Source: the human T2T-CHM13v2.0 reference genome, Homo sapiens
NCBI RefSeq assembly: GCF_009914755.1
Contig: NC_060933.1
Direction: 5' to 3' (one strand)
Length of the DNA: 64,000 nt
The position numbers and the translations under genes were made by a program. Within the stretch, counting starts at the first letter, position 1. The number at the start of each line of letters is the position of its first letter. Under the pieces are notes generated by a model that was not told the origin of the DNA, searched no databases, and saw only the letters and a list, made by a program, of their open reading frames with translations. Shown here piece by piece: positions 11,811 to 33,299 of this stretch.

Positions 11811-14409
11811 TGAGGCCTCTTCTCTGAAAGGAAGTGGGTCTCACCAGAGGCTGCAGGAGGTTTGAACATCTGTTTTGAATCCCAGGGTAGAGACTTACAG
11901 AAAAAGTAGGTGTCACCATCAACAAAGAATAGATTTCTAGTTCTCTTCGGGAGTTCCAGAGACCTGGCAAACTAACCCAATACTCAGGGATCGCTGGGCT
12001 AGAAAGACTGAAGGCTTGTGTTAGGTTTAGAATACAGTATCGCCTTTGTTCTGACTGAGCAGTAGAATACATCCCTCATTAATGTTGCTCTCTCAGGCCT
12101 TTTAGGCTATGTTCCAGTGAGTCCTGCTGCTGAATGCCACATCAGTGGGATACAGGCCCCAGATCAGTGTCCTGGGCCCACAAACGGGAGAATTAGCTTT
12201 GTGGCTGCTAGATAGACAAGGGAGTAAGTGAAATTGTTTCTTTTGCTTATGTATTTCTAAATTCCTTATTATAAGTTAGTGGAAATTAATACCTTATGTC
12301 TAGGTAAGCATATTCCTATTTCGTCTGTTCCTCAAACCAGAGGTGGGGATTATAGGCCTGAAAGAAGGGCACTGCATCTCTGGGCACAGACTGGGCCTAT
12401 TTCCTAATGTGGCCACTGTGACCCTAGAAGAGGGAGGACACAGGAGAAGGCCAGGGCGCTCTGCCTGCATGCGTGGATGACCATGATATTTCTGAAATAC
12501 TTTAGTCTAAAGACTACAGCATTTACATTTCCCTTATTCTTTTTATTTTTCAAATATTTTTTCCTACCACACACCAGAAGATGGATACAGTTAGTCCTTT
12601 TACTAGATGGTAAATATGGAGCTTTGAGAGAACAGGTACTCTGCCCCAGATGACCCAGCAAGTTGGAGGAAAACCCAAGAATGAAAGCAGTGTTCCTGTC
12701 TTTGGGCATCCTGCCACTATCCTAGGCATGGGTAGTTTCCAGATGGAGCTAAGATCAAACTCCTTTATCACTAGTGATCAAATCTGGTTGTTTCTAAGGC
12801 TGCACTGTTGTTCTGATGACCAAGTGGATCATCCTTGAATGACAGGGAAAAAATGTATTAAATGAGTCCCTCACCAGCCTGTCTTCTTGCCAGCACCCTG
12901 ACTTCTTAAGGTATTAACATGTCGTGTCACTGATGATGACCTAGGATTGCAGGAAGATGACAGAGTCACTGTTCCTGTGTGCTTGGCTGCTCGGCTGTTT
13001 TGTTTGCACTTCAGCATTCCTACCTGGTGTGTGGTACATTTTTGTCATTCCACAGCAGTCTGCTGTGCTCCTGGCTCCAGAGTAAGCTAGTCTACATCTA
13101 TTTACATCAGCTTTCCAGCTGTCAGCCTCCTCATGCTCCTGTCTGCCTGATGGGGCAAGTAGACACTCTGGCAGGAGCTGCCTTTCAGGGAGGTTAGCAG
13201 GATATCCACAGAGTTCCAGATACTGTAGTCAAAGTATAAAGTCCCTAGGACCCCAGTCTCTAGGTCTTGCAGGGATGAAGAAGCTTTCAGGAGATTATCT
13301 AGGCACAGCTCCTGGCCCAACAAGATTTCTATCCTAGTGTGTCATGTCTAGGAAAAAATCTCTGGTGGCAGATTTTCAAGGAATTTGATGTACGTGCTAA
13401 AAACTATACAGATCGGTTGAGGACTGGCCTAACCCATCCTCTGTCTCAAATTCCTATAAAACCCTCCCAAACAGGCTTTTTCTTTTTCTTTACAATGTCA
13501 GCACTCAGTGCCCTAGTCTGGGACTTATGACTGATAAGGCTGAGCTTCTGGGTAGTTGAGTGGCAGTCTTTCTTTGTTTTTATTCAGATGATTTCAATGC
13601 AGCCAATTTGTGTGTGTGTATGTGTGTACCCTGTCCAGAACAACAGGGCCTACCTGACTCAAGAGAGTACTATAAGCAACAGCTTTCAACTTGAGGTCCA
13701 TCTGGTCCCAGAGGTTTGGCACTAGACAGCTGGACATATGAAAGCTCTGTTTGTTCCCCTTCGTCTTCCCTGTCCTGTTTAATGCTGAACTGTTTTCAAC
13801 AAGACTTGCTTCCCGTAGAATCCAACTTAGTAACCTGGAGAAGCCTGAGGCCACTCCTGGAGCAGGAAGCTGCCCTAGATTTGGGCAGTAACCAGTAGAA
13901 CTTGATACTGACGCCAGAGCGTAAAAATAAACACCTCCTACAGTTCTGTCTTAATCCATTGGCATCAGAGTTGCTATTATTAACCCATAGGCCTCACAGG
14001 CAGCTGTGATGGTCAGACAACAGCCTGGACAAAACCTATCCTGCCAACTTGGGATCACACTCTCTCCCCTTCACCTACTGGAATATGATCTGGGGCCCCA
14101 GGAGAAGCACCATCAGTCTAGGAGCATGCCCTACAACAGGTAACACTGGCGGTGGATTAGTATCTTTGGTTTTGGAGGGCCTTGAGGCTCCCAGGGCCAG
14201 CCTACCAGCCTAGAGTATGATGGCCACAGACAGGATGACTGATTCAGTCCTAGTGTGGGGGAGGAAAAAAAGGAATGTGACCCTTCCATTTCCTTTGGCT
14301 CTTTTAAAGAGATTTTGCCTGCCACTTCCCTGACCTGAAGACTTTAGATTTTCTGGGAAATTGGGACAGGAGAGAGGAAAGAGCTCCACTGGTCATCTGC
14401 CAAAGATAT

Positions 14410-14650
14410 AATAATAATAATGACTTATTACTAAGCACCTACCATGTGTTGGGTACTTTATGTACAATATCTTACTTATTTTTACTTCAAGCTTTTCAGG
14501 GAAAATATGACAGTTTTACAAATGAGGAAGCTGAAGTTTTAGTGAGGTTGAGTGACCACCCAGAATTCCACAGCTGGCAAGTAATGTGTCAGAGTTGGAC
14601 CCAGACTTGTCTTAACACCAAAATCCATGTTGTGAATCATTATAGAACCT
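14410..14650 (-). mobile_element. MIR
   Basis: ctaagcacctaccatgtg...ttttacaaatgaggaagctgaag MIR core. Confidence 0.7.
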
Positions 14651-17600
14651 AGGCTGCTGAATACTCAGGACCCAGGCCAGGCTTCAGCTACCTGCTTTTT
14701 AAATGTGGGGGCTTAAGTAAACAAAAATATATAAGTTACTCTCACTTTAGTCTTACAACTAAAGCAATAGTTACTGGTACACAGAAATGGTTTTTGCTGC
14801 CACCTGCGAGTGAGCCAGTCCCAGTGCTCTTACTGTCCATGGTGAGCTGGACTCCAGAGACTAGCAGGGCAAGCCTCCTGGAAGATGAGATGCCTCCCAG
14901 AGAAAGGCTTTGACTCTGCCTGAGGAGTCTCAGACCATGACTCCTCTGTAGAGAACATGGCCAGATTGGAACCTGGTTCCCCAGGGGAACAAGGCTTTGA
15001 TGGTTCTGGCAGTCATGCTGAGGGAGGGGTGTACTTGAATAAAAAGATTCCTTGAAGGACAACTAGGCTTCCCCCACCCCTCTCTTTTTCCAACCTCCTC
15101 CACCCTGGCCCCACAACTGGCTTCTGTAATTCAATCTAGATTCTTCTCATAGCCTACTTTACTGTGCGTATGTGGCCTTTTATTTACAGCTTTGGGCATT
15201 CTGATTGGATAGCAGCTTCCTAGTCTGTGTGCTTCAGTCCACTGCCTGTGGGGTGGGGGAGCAGAGTACACTTTGATTTTTGCTTCCTGAAGCCCAGGAG
15301 CTAAAAGGAATAGCCAGAGGGCTGCCCACACAGCCAAAGGACTGACCACACTGAGCAGTCAAAGAGCAGCATAGGGGCCTTTTTTGTTCCAGCTAACTTT
15401 CTCCTGCAAATACACACTTGAGGGCCATCCTCCAAGCAAAGCAGTCTGTGCTGGGGCTTTCAGCATCCACCCCTCGTACACTGTCTCTGGTCTTGGTGGC
15501 TTCCTGCTCCCTTGCTGCTCACCTACACCTAGCATTGAGAGACTTTAGCCTGTGGGCCTTACTCACTGCTGCTCTCTCCATCACCTCATCTGAAGAACTC
15601 GGTCTGTCAAGGTAGGAACCAAATCTTTCCTTATTCCCTATAGTCTTCCTCTCTCCCCCTAATACATCCTCAAAAGAAATAGGGTTTACAACAAATTCCC
15701 AGTCTCTAGAGACTTACAGCTAGCAGTTAGAAGCCAGGCACCTGGGAGTATAGGTGTGTTTATGTGTATTTGTATTCATGTTGGAATGCAGGAGGTCATT
15801 TTTTTTAACACACTGCATAGGAACCTTCCCTTGGGCTCCAGGTTTTAATTTGGCTTAGGTTATAATTAGACCTGAAAAGGACCTTAAGAGGTCATCTGAT
15901 TGAGCCCGCTGCTTCCAAACAGGTGCTACAAGTTGAGCTAAGGAGGGAATCAAATGGTTGGCCTAATGGAGAAAGGTGTATACTTTTGCTGGCTGGATCA
16001 GCAGAAGAAAATAATTTTTTGTTTTCTAGATTGAATCCCTTTTGAGCATAGAGACCCTAGGGGCAAAGCTAGGTTTATTATCATCAGATTTTAATGGAAT
16101 AAAGAAAAGCAACTCTTTCAGCTCAGTGAGGTTCAATGGCTCTAGCTTATTCTTTTCCTGGGTATACTTTCCCAATGCTGCAGTCTCCATTTACTGAATT
16201 GGAGCCTTGGGCGCCTGGGGTCTTTTACCTTTTAGGCTGCTAAGCCCATTCTACTTCAGAGCCAAGCCTCTTCTGGAATGTTTGTCTTTGACTTTTGGGG
16301 GTGGACGTTTAGCTGAACTTTTCTACAACATATGTGAGAAGCCAAAAGCAAACCAAGTTCTGTGCTTCGAAAGAGGACTCTATATTAAGGAAGCCTAATA
16401 AGGCAGCAACTGGTGTGTCTGGGACAGCCCTTCAGGCTAGGCCCTTTCAACACACTCCCAGCATGCCGTCTGGCCTCACTTGGAGTCCAAAATAACATGA
16501 TACAAGTTAGAAACAGTGGCCTCCTCAGCTAGCAGCAGCTACACTCTACTTGGAGGAAAGACAGATGACCTCCTGGGCATTGGCTGCTATTCCATTTATG
16601 GAATCAGACTCCTGATGCCATAGCCAGGTGCTCTCAGCATCTAAGAACTTGTTTATTCTCTCTTTACAGTTCAGTCCTAGACACCCACAGGAATCACTGT
16701 TACCACCAGTTCTGAAATCTCCAAATTCTTTGAGCCTCTCTCACACATTTCACAGAGAAGTACTTGTCCTATAGGAAACTCAGAGCCTCCATCTAATCTC
16801 ATGGCAAGGGTGGAGGGTAGCTGACTTTCCAAATTCGTGTACAAAGTTTATTTCTGTTCTGGGAAGTTAGGTTTGCTATTGGTGAAGTTAATCAACATCT
16901 GTTTACAAACATTTGATTTGGGAGGCATGAAAAAAGAGAGATGTTTCTGTCAGTTAATTATTTCACTCCCCATATCTCTAACTCCCAACAAACTATGGTC
17001 AGTTCTGCCTTTGCCTAGGGTTCCCTGGAGGTGCCTCTGGGGCCCCCCACAGTAAGGAGAGGGAATTGGAGTGCATGGGGCATTAGGCCTCCTCTGCTTC
17101 AACCAGGGTAGCTGTTTTATGTATTGGGGCTGAAAAATTAAAAGCATTGCTCTAACCCTTACACCCTGAAACTTTCTTTTTGCTGTTCTGGCCTCCAGAG
17201 GCATATTGGCAATTATTTTAACAAAATTATGAGCCCCTCAAATTGGGCTATTACCCCTGAACATCCAGCATAGCTCCTTATACACAGGAAGAATACAGTA
17301 GATGCTTGTGGCTTGATTGCTTGCTTGATTAATTGGCTCACAAGATGATATTAATTGATAGCCTCAGGATAATTCTAGATCAGAGAATAGAGTACAGTAT
17401 GTAATAATTTATTTTGATTTGTTATGGTTTGAGCATTTCTGACCTTTGCTACTGGAATCAATCATGCAGTCTGAGGTGAAAACTTAGCCAAAAGGAATTA
17501 CCTTAACTGAGGTTGTCGCTGTTGGAGAGGATACCCAGTAAGTCAGCACAAACAAAAGTACCTTCTGTTGATTTCCAAAGATTTGTATGATTTCAATCCA

Positions 17601-17984
17601 CCTCTGTCCCTGGTGTACTGAGGTGAAAGGTCAGCAGAGTGATTATTGGGAAGACCAGGCATAGAGGTATACTAAAATCATATAGTCCTGTCTATTGATT
17701 AGTACTGCTTACTTTTGCTAAAAATTACCTTCTTGGACAGTTCCCAAAACTACTCATTGTCTTGATTGTGGGAAATGCAAAACTTTTCTCTGCTAAGCTA
17801 TACTTATTAACAACATCTAAACTGTTTATCTGCAGCCTGCATTATACATCTGCATATCTTTTGTGAGGGTGGCTTTGTTTTTAATTAGCTTATATGTTTT
17901 ATAAAATTATAATGTTTTTTATAAAGCTAAATAACAGGACATAAGTGAAAAAAGCAGCCACATTCAAATAAAGTCTGCCAGTTC

Positions 17985-19240
<1,256 letters not shown>

Positions 19241-19362
19241 CATGTGTTGGGTTTTGTCTTGTTTTGTTCTGCATTATGTGTTTCTCCCAGACTCCTATTT
19301 TATGTTTTTGTTGTACTCTTTGTTTTCTGTTGGAGGCTGCCCTCAAAAGTCTGGTGATCCCA

Positions 19363-19925
<563 letters not shown>

Positions 19926-20126
19926 CTAGCAATTCTTTGGAGATTTTCACCTAACCCCTCAGTTTTCAGATTGGCCTCTCATCCTGCTTTCTTCCATGCC
20001 TTGTTTTCCAGAGTCGAATGCAGTTCCACTCAAAGTTCTCCAGAAATAAATCTCCAGTAATCCTGAGGAGCAGGAGACCAGTGGTCTCCTGACAGTGTAG
20101 GGTTGTTGGTGGGGACTGGGTGTCTA

Positions 20127-20665
<539 letters not shown>

Positions 20666-21301
20666 GCCATGCAGAGTGAGTTCCTAGCATTTTAACAGTG
20701 CTTTATATTTCTATAAAATGGTCAGTTTACAGAGCACTTTCATGTACTGTTTTGAATAGACCACTGTTCAGATCTATAGTAGGGGGCATATGTTTCCCCT
20801 AAGCCTTCAACTCCCCATAAAGTAGCCTGGTCCAGGCACAGGAAGACTCAGTAACCAATGTTTATATTCATGCCTGCTTTATTTTGAGCACCCTGGATCT
20901 CTCTATTGCTTATGAAAGCTGCCCAGACCACTACTGAGTTCTGGAAGATGCTGGGATTGAGGAGTGGGGAAAGGTATCCATATCCAGTCTTTTCATGTTT
21001 CTCCAAGGTTACCGTCCTATTTTGGTCAGAATTGTGTAATCTCCTTTGTGGGGGTTTTGGATATTAACCAACATCTTATCACTTGATAATAGTATCACAC
21101 TTACTGGGTATTTACTGTATGTCAGGCACAATTTAAGTGCTTGATAGTATTAATTCACTTAATGTTGGTGGTATTTTCATCACCATTCTACAGGAAATGG
21201 GGGCAGGGAAAGGCAAGATAACTGGCCTAGGATTACACAACACTCAAACAGATATTACCTCATCTTGTTAACTATTAAATGTATTGCATTCAGATTTTAC
21301 T

Positions 21302-21470
21302 TGGTGTGGGGTACAGTGGCTCATGCCTGTAATTCCAGAGCTTTAGGAAGCTAAGGCAGGAAGATCACTTGAGCCCAGGAGTTCAAGGTTGCAGTGAGCT
21401 GGGATGGTGCCACTGCAGCCTGGGCAAAAGAGAGAGACCCTGTCTCAAAACAAAATAAAAGCCACACAAA
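21302..21470 (+). mobile_element. Alu monomer (FRAM or arm recombinant)
   Basis: Left-arm start running into a right-arm end. Confidence 0.8.
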
Positions 21471-21809
21471 AAATTTTTGCTGATGTACAGTTTAGATACT
21501 TGTTACTGATATTCTTTATCCTGAGATAGTTTTACTTCCTGAATCCATGGATTCTTGTTTTCTAATAACTTCTGAAATATTATCTGTCATTATCTCTTCA
21601 AATATTACCTCTCCTTGATTCTCTACCAAAGATTCTGATTATAAGTATATTAAACATTTTCATTCTATCTTATCTCTTAACTTCTCATTCACTTTTCTGT
21701 TCCTTTGTTTTTTTGTGCTGTTTCTATGTGATTTCTTCAGATCGATCTTCCAGTTCACTAATTTCTCACTTCAACTTTGTCTTTTCTGCTGTTAAATTTG
21801 TCCTTTCGT

Positions 21810-22138
21810 TGTTTTTTTTTTCTTTTTTGAGACAAGGTCTCACTGTGTCACCCAGGCTGGAGTGCAGTAGTGCTTTCATGGCTCACTTTAGCCTCAATCT
21901 CCCAGGCTCAAGAAGTCCTCTAACTTCAGCCTTCTAAGTAGCTGGGACTACAGGTGTGCACCACCACATTCTGCTTGCTTGCTTGCTTGCTTGCATATGT
22001 ATGTACATGTGTATGTATCTAGTGACAGAGTCTTGCTATGGTGCCCAGGCTCTTACCAAATTCCTGGCCTCAAGCAATCCTCCTGCCTCAGCCTCCCAAA
22101 GTGCTGGGATTACAGGTGTAAGTCACTGCACCTGGCTG
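21810..22138 (-). mobile_element. AluJ-like element within degraded antisense L1M sequence
   Basis: Antisense dimer; linker replaced by (GCTT)n/(GTAT)n. Confidence 0.88.
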
Positions 22139-22776
22139 AGTTTTTATTTTAATAATTATGTTTCTAACTTCTGAACATATTTCGTTCTTTTTCAGATCTG
22201 CCTGGTTATTTCTAATAATTCATTGCCACTCGCTTACCTTTGAGATTTATCTTTTATTTTAAAACATTTCACACATAGCTGATTTATATTCTGTAACTGA
22301 CATTTTTGGTATCTGAAGTTCTTGCAATCTAAATACATTATTTATTGTTTTCTCTGTTATTTGCTCATGGCATCTTTGTGATCATTAATTATAAACTAAT
22401 TTTTCTTGATCTTTAATTTTGAGAATTTTGTTGACTTAGATTGGGAAATATTTTCCCCCAGAGAAGATTCATATCTGCTTCTACCAAAAGCTGTGGAACA
22501 CCACCTACCATGGATCATGATGAACTTCCTTCAGGCTTCCCTGTTTCTGCTTAATGCAGAACTCTCAGGTTTAGCTCCCTCACCTTCCCAGTGGCTCAAG
22601 TATGGTCATCTTGGCTGCAGTGATGCTCTGGGAATTGGCTGACAAGGAACCCTGGTTCTCCCCCTTGCTTACTGCATAGCTCATGAATTTTTCCCTTTTT
22701 GGGGAATTGGGTAGAGTAGTCACAGAGATGTCTCCTATATACTGAGAGACCTGAAATGCTTTTAAAAGTATATATT

Positions 22777-23600
22777 GCCCAGGCACTGTGGCTCATGCCT
22801 ATAATCCCAGCGCTTTGGAAGGCTGAGGCAGGAGGATTCCTTGAGGCCGGAAGTTCAAGATCAGCCTGGGCAACATAGCAAGATGCCATCTCTACAAAAA
22901 ATTTAAACATTAGCCAGGCATGGTGGCACATGCTTGTAGTCCCACCTACTTGTGGGGGCTGAGGCAGGAGAATTGCTTGAGCCCAACTCAAGGTTGCAGC
23001 GGGCTATGATTGGGCCACTGCACTCCAGCCTGGGTGACAGAGTGAGACCCTATTCCTTTAAAAAAAAAAAAGTATATATTATACAGGATCTCATATTTTT
23101 CATATTTTGCAGTGAAAGGGGCCCTGTAATGTCTTGATTACCATAATGTGGGAAGCAGAATTCTCTTTATGCGATTTGATACCTTTTTTTTTTTTTTGAG
23201 ATGGAGTTTCGCTCTGTCACCCAGGCTGGAGTGCAGTGACGCTATCATAGCTCACTGGAGCCCAAAAGTCCTGGGTTCAAGTCAGCCTCCTACCTTAGCC
23301 TCCCAAGTAGCTAGGACCATAGGCATGTGCCACCACATCCAACTAATTTTTAAATTTTTGTGTTGACAGTGTCTCGCTTTATTGCCCAGGCTGGTCTTGA
23401 ACTTCTAGGCTCAAGCAGTCTTCTCTCCTCAGTCTCTCAAAGCACTGATATTTTACTTTTTAAATTAGCTTAAAAGGGCCGGGCATGGTGTCTCACACCT
23501 TTAATCCCAGCAGTTGGGGAGACCAAAGTGGGAGGCTCTCTTGAGGCCAGGAATTCAAGACAGACCTGACCAACATAATGAGACCCCCATCTTTAAAAAA
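22777..23600. mobile_element. Alu cluster: sense ~22777-23072, antisense ~23183-23450, sense monomer ~23477-23600
   Basis: AluJ-like sequences in alternating orientation. Confidence 0.9.
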
Positions 23601-23884
23601 ATTTTTAAAAAAAAATTGTAAAAAGTTTAAAAAAGAAAACAAAAAATAAATAAATTAGCTTAAAAGCCTTTTTCGATACCATTGAATATACCTTGTATAC
23701 CCAATATTAATGGTTCTATTATATTCCGTTACATGGGTAGCTCACTAGCCATTTTTCCATTGGATATTTAGAATATTCTCAATTTTTCTCTGTTGCAAGT
23801 AATATTGCATTGAACATCATTGGGGAAATATGAGGCAAATCAAGGAGGGTAGAGATATAAAGAAAATGCATAACTGTTATTCTG

Positions 23885-24340
23885 GGGCAAGAGTTGGCAA
23901 ACTCAGATGCCTTATAGGAGCCAGACAAATAATGCAAATAAGTAAAATGAACCAGTGAAGCTGCCATGAGGAGTGCTGGGAACACGGCAAACTGAAGGTC
24001 ACGTGCTCATCTAATGAAGGGAACCACTTCTCAGCTCCAGCTGATTGTTAGTCATGTAGGAATGAGGGCCTAGTGTAGCCAGTTCTTTTGGTTTTTTTTC
24101 AAGCAAAACAAGCTGGAAATCTAGATTTTTTTCTAGAAATCCCCAAAATGTTTATGGTGGCATTTTTACTATGCAAAGCACATAAAACCTATTGACATAC
24201 TAGATGTGACAGTCAGTCTGTCACTTTGCAGCCTTTGCTAATGTTTATGATGGCATTTTTACTGTGCAAGCCACGTAAACCTATTGACACACTAGATGTG
24301 ACAGTCAGGCTGGCACTTTGCAACCTTTACAGCCTTTGCT
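23885..24340. mobile_element. hAT-Charlie type DNA transposon (MER103-like) with duplicated 3' end
   Basis: Termini gttggcaaactcagatgcc ... tttgcaaccttt; internal ccagctgattgttagtcatgtaggaatg. Confidence 0.55.
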
Positions 24341-24627
24341 CCAGGGTCATGACTGGATATAAATGGGAGGGAATGTACTGACTGAAGACATATCTGCTCA
24401 GTCATGTTTCCATCCTCAGAATGAGCATGGTGTGTAATGAAGGGTTTAAGATCTTGGCATTAAAGATTTATTTATTAAGCACTTTACTAAGGCTCAGCTT
24501 TCAGTTTTTCTTCTTCCTTACCTTCTTCTTCTTCATCAAATATGCTGTTCTCAGAAGAGACTGACCTTCTCAAAGCCAGCTGGGCTCCATTTAGCCTGCT
24601 GTGCTTGCCATCCATTCAGTAGCTTTG

Positions 24628-24925
24628 TTTTTGTTTGTTTTTGAGACTGGGCCTTGTTCTGTTGTCCAGGCTTGAGGGCAGTGGCACAATCTCCACTCAC
24701 CGCAACCTCTGCTTCCCGGCCTCAAGCCTTCCTCCCACCTCAGTCTCCCAAGTAGCTAGGACTACAGGTGCACACCAGCACACCCAGCTAATTTTTGTAT
24801 TTTTTGTAGAGACGGGGTTTCACCATGTTGCCGAGGCTGGTATCAACTCATAAGCTCAAGCAATCCGTCCACCTCAGCCTCCCAAAATGCTGGGATTACA
24901 GGTGTGAGCCACCCTACCTGGCCAG
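24628..24925 (-). mobile_element. AluJ-like element
   Basis: Antisense dimer; TSD ccattcagtagcttt on both sides. Confidence 0.93.
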
Positions 24926-25259
24926 CCATTCAGTAGCTTTATCAAACATCATTGGTCCTCCACTATGTGCCAAGGCCCTGTGCTCAGAATTACCTATCAA
25001 TGTATAAGACACAGCTCCACCATCTAGAAATGTACCGTCATCAAGAGATAATAAAATGGCCAAGTCTTGATACCAAATGAGTTGTACGTATAATTGGTAT
25101 TGAAGTATAGGAGAAGGATTTCCATGATAAAGAAAAGCTTCCAGATATGGTAGAATTTGAGCCACATCCTTAAAATGAAGGGTGGGAGGGAATGGGGAAA
25201 ACAATCCAGATATCTTCCCAGTGAGTAAAGCCAAAACTCAGAGTATATTCGGCATGTGA

Positions 25260-25953
<694 letters not shown>

Positions 25954-26169
25954 TTATCCTGTAGGCAGCAGGGAGCCACTGAAGATGTTTTAGTAGTAGA
26001 GTGACTTGCTGAAGGAAGTTGAGGAGATTACCCTTGTGCCTGTATATGTGATAGCTGGGAACCAAGAGACAACGAAGGTAAGAAAACTAGTTAGAAGACT
26101 ATATAATTCAGAGGAGAGGTAATACAGGCCTGAATTTGGAGGATAGAGTAGGGATAGGAACTGGAGAGG

Positions 26170-26410
26170 CAATAGAGGAAGTGGTTAAGAATACTGACTC
26201 TGGAATCAGACAGGTCTTTATCTGAGTCCCAGCTTAGACATTTACTGACTGAGTTACATTGGGAAGATTATTTAATATCCCTGAGCCTCAGATTTCTCAT
26301 TCATGAAGTAAGGATAATAACATTTAGCTTAGAGAGTGGTTATATGGATTAAATGAGATAATGTAAGTAAGTGTTTAGCATAGTAGCGGAAACATAGTAA
26401 AAACAGGAAA
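26170..26410 (+). mobile_element. MIR
   Basis: gtggttaagaatactgactctggaatcagac...ctgagcctcagatttctcattcatgaa. Confidence 0.8.
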
Positions 26411-26416
26411 TTGTTG

Positions 26417-26799
<383 letters not shown>

Positions 26800-27135
26800 T
26801 TATTTTCAAGTTTGTGTTACAGGCAGTCCAAAGAGACCTAATTTGAAATTTTAAAAATCGATTTGGTTTTCGATATGTTGAATTTGAGGTAATAATAAGT
26901 ATCTGATAGGCTATTGGAGATTTGATTCTGGAAGTTCAGGAAGAATGTAAGATTTGGAAATCAACGGCAAAGGTAATGGGAAGTACTAAAGACTGTTCAG
27001 ATTGAAAAGTCTTCAGATCTGAACCTTGCTGTAAATTTGCATTTAAATATGGGCCAGGTATTGTTTTATTAAACAACGAAGAAAGAATTATCTAAGAAGT
27101 AGAACTAGGAGGATTGGTTTATAGAAGACAAAAGG

Positions 27136-28099
<964 letters not shown>

Positions 28100-28127
28100 T
28101 CAAGCTCCTACAGCAACTGCCACTGTT

Positions 28128-29790
<1,663 letters not shown>

Positions 29791-29794
29791 AGCT

Positions 29795-30512
<718 letters not shown>

Positions 30513-31203
30513 AAGCATCTCTTTTTAGATTATTCTTGTTCAACAAGACTTCCATATGCCAAGCATAAGACACCTTCTATATGCCAAGCAGTATGCTAGG
30601 TTTTATGGGAAATACAAAATTAAAATGATATTCTTATATACTGGATAATGGAGATGTACAGATGACTATAACTCCGACTTTGCAGTCTAGAAGAGATGTT
30701 AAGGCAGATATGCAAAAAAGAACAATAACCATGTTAAGTGACATGATTTACTTAATCAAAACTTCTCAGGGACCGATGCTATTGCTGATGAAGTTTGCCA
30801 TCAATATGCAATGCAATGAGAAAGTACAGTATGCTTTTTCTTATAAAATGATGATCATCAAAGTAAAGTTTTTTGTAATGATCCTACTTGACAATATAAG
30901 AAGTTGGCAATCCAATATTGATCCCCGTTTTTTGTGGAAGTTGTTTTCTTGTCTGTAAAATCAACAACCTGCAACCACTGGTTCGGAGAACAGATTATTT
31001 CTGGCTCTGGGGTAATCAGAGAAGACTTGATGGAGGAGTTGCTCTGGGTCTGGTAGGTTTGGATAATTTTGAACAGGGCCAAGTGTAACAGGAAGGAGAG
31101 TCTGAATGAACAAATACAACAGAGTGGAAATGAGTTTCTGAAACATGTTTCAAGGACTGCATGATGGGAAGGCAAGGTTGAGTGGAGTAGAGTAGACAGC
31201 CAA

Positions 31204-31503
<300 letters not shown>

Positions 31504-33299
31504 GAATAGACAGCCGAGATGGATGACCTCTAAAGCCAAAATGAGGAGGCTCAACTTGATTCTCTGGGTAATGAGAAACCATTAAAAGGGGCAGGAGGAG
31601 TGGCATGTTGAAGAAAGGTGGTGCTTTAGGGAGATGAATCTGGTAGTACTAAAAAGTAAATTGCAAGTGGGGAGACTAGTTAGGTGGCCGAGGTTTATAA
31701 TGTAACAGTATTTGTGTTTTGTTTCTGGCTGGAAAATAATTTGATCTTTCCTCAAAACCCTAGATCTTTGGCAGTAGTGGTTAGGAAGTAAGTGGCAAGG
31801 TTGTCTGTGATGTAGTGAATTAAGCCAAGCACTAGAGGTCTGAGAGCTGCCACCTTCCATAGGCAACTGGAAGCACTGGCTGTCCAGCACAATGCATGAC
31901 TTAGCCTCGCAGAAATTTCAGAGTCAAAGACCCTGGGCCCAGAGCTCTCATGGTAAGAGGCTCGAACTCCAAACGCTTGGTCATGAAGATTCACTCTGCC
32001 CTAACCTACAGATGCTTATCCAACCCCGCTTTGTGGTATCAGCTAGGCGAGAGGAAAGCATAGTGACACCATTTCCTCACCTTTCAGCCTCCTTGAGATG
32101 ACCGCTAATGGTTGGCTATGAACAGCAGCCTCCCTCCTTCCTTCCTTTCCTCACTGTTTCTTGCTTTATAGGATCAAGGGGCCATGGCTGCTCAAACAAG
32201 TCAAGGCTGGAGATGGGTCTTTGTGTCTTTGTGTGTTTTTGTTCTTCTCTCTACAATTGACTCAGCTCAGCATGGTGTCAGTGGACACATGGGTGTCACA
32301 GGGAATAGGAGAAACAAGAAAGGAAAAGAAAAGTTACATCTCTTCTGGATCCTGAGGGATAGCTGTTATGGTCTTGGCCAGTGGTTTCTCCAAAGGCTTC
32401 TTTCTAAGGACCTGAAATCCAAGGGCAGGCTGTGGAGTCCAGATAGTAGTCACCTTGGGAGGAACCCTAGGCAGGGCTAGTGTTTGGGGACCAAGCCCTG
32501 CTTAAGACTATCTCTGTGTTCAAGCGTAGCAGCAGGGAGCAGTGGCACAAAGTGGACGGAGACCTCACCGCTACTTCCTGTACAACTGGCTCTAGCTGCA
32601 GTTTCTCCCTTTTTTCCTTATTCCCACAGAATTGGCCCAGAACCTGAGGAGGCTGGAGCAGGGAAGGAGCAGAGGACTCTGTAGGTCTCCAGGCAGAACT
32701 GAGATTTTTCTGTGGCCTAGGAGAGACCACTCCCTGTTCCCTGCCTTCCTTTCCCTGGGGAGATAAGCTTCCTGGCCTCTCAGCCTGGCTAGAGGGATTC
32801 TGCCTTCACACAAACCCAGCTGGACCCAGCTGAGCACTGACCGAGAACTGATGTATGTGAGAGGGGCCAGTTCTACTTCAGCCACAGCGAGTAGACCTCT
32901 GAAGACCCAGGGAACTGAATTGAATACCGTGTTAGGAAGAGGGCCTGCAGCCTCCATGGTCCTTAAGACTTACCACCACCCAGTGTACAGAAGCCTGTCT
33001 ACCGCCCCGTCTCTCTAGGAAGGCCAGTGCTAAGACTCGTGGGCCATCCACCAGGACTGAGTTCGAGTTACTGCTGGCAGAATGGTGACTGGTCCCTGCA
33101 GCCTCCCTTCTGGGCTTCAGGAATCCCCTCCCAGGCTGACTGCCCCACCCTGAGGCTAGTCTGGAATCCTGGTTAGAGGAAAAAGCTGGAAAACAGAGTC
33201 ATTCACAATGGGCAAAAAGAGGAGGGAGAGGTTTCTGGTTAAGATATGAAAGGAGGAGCCTAAAGAAGGAAGGAAGGAAGGAAGCTCCAAGGCTCTGCC

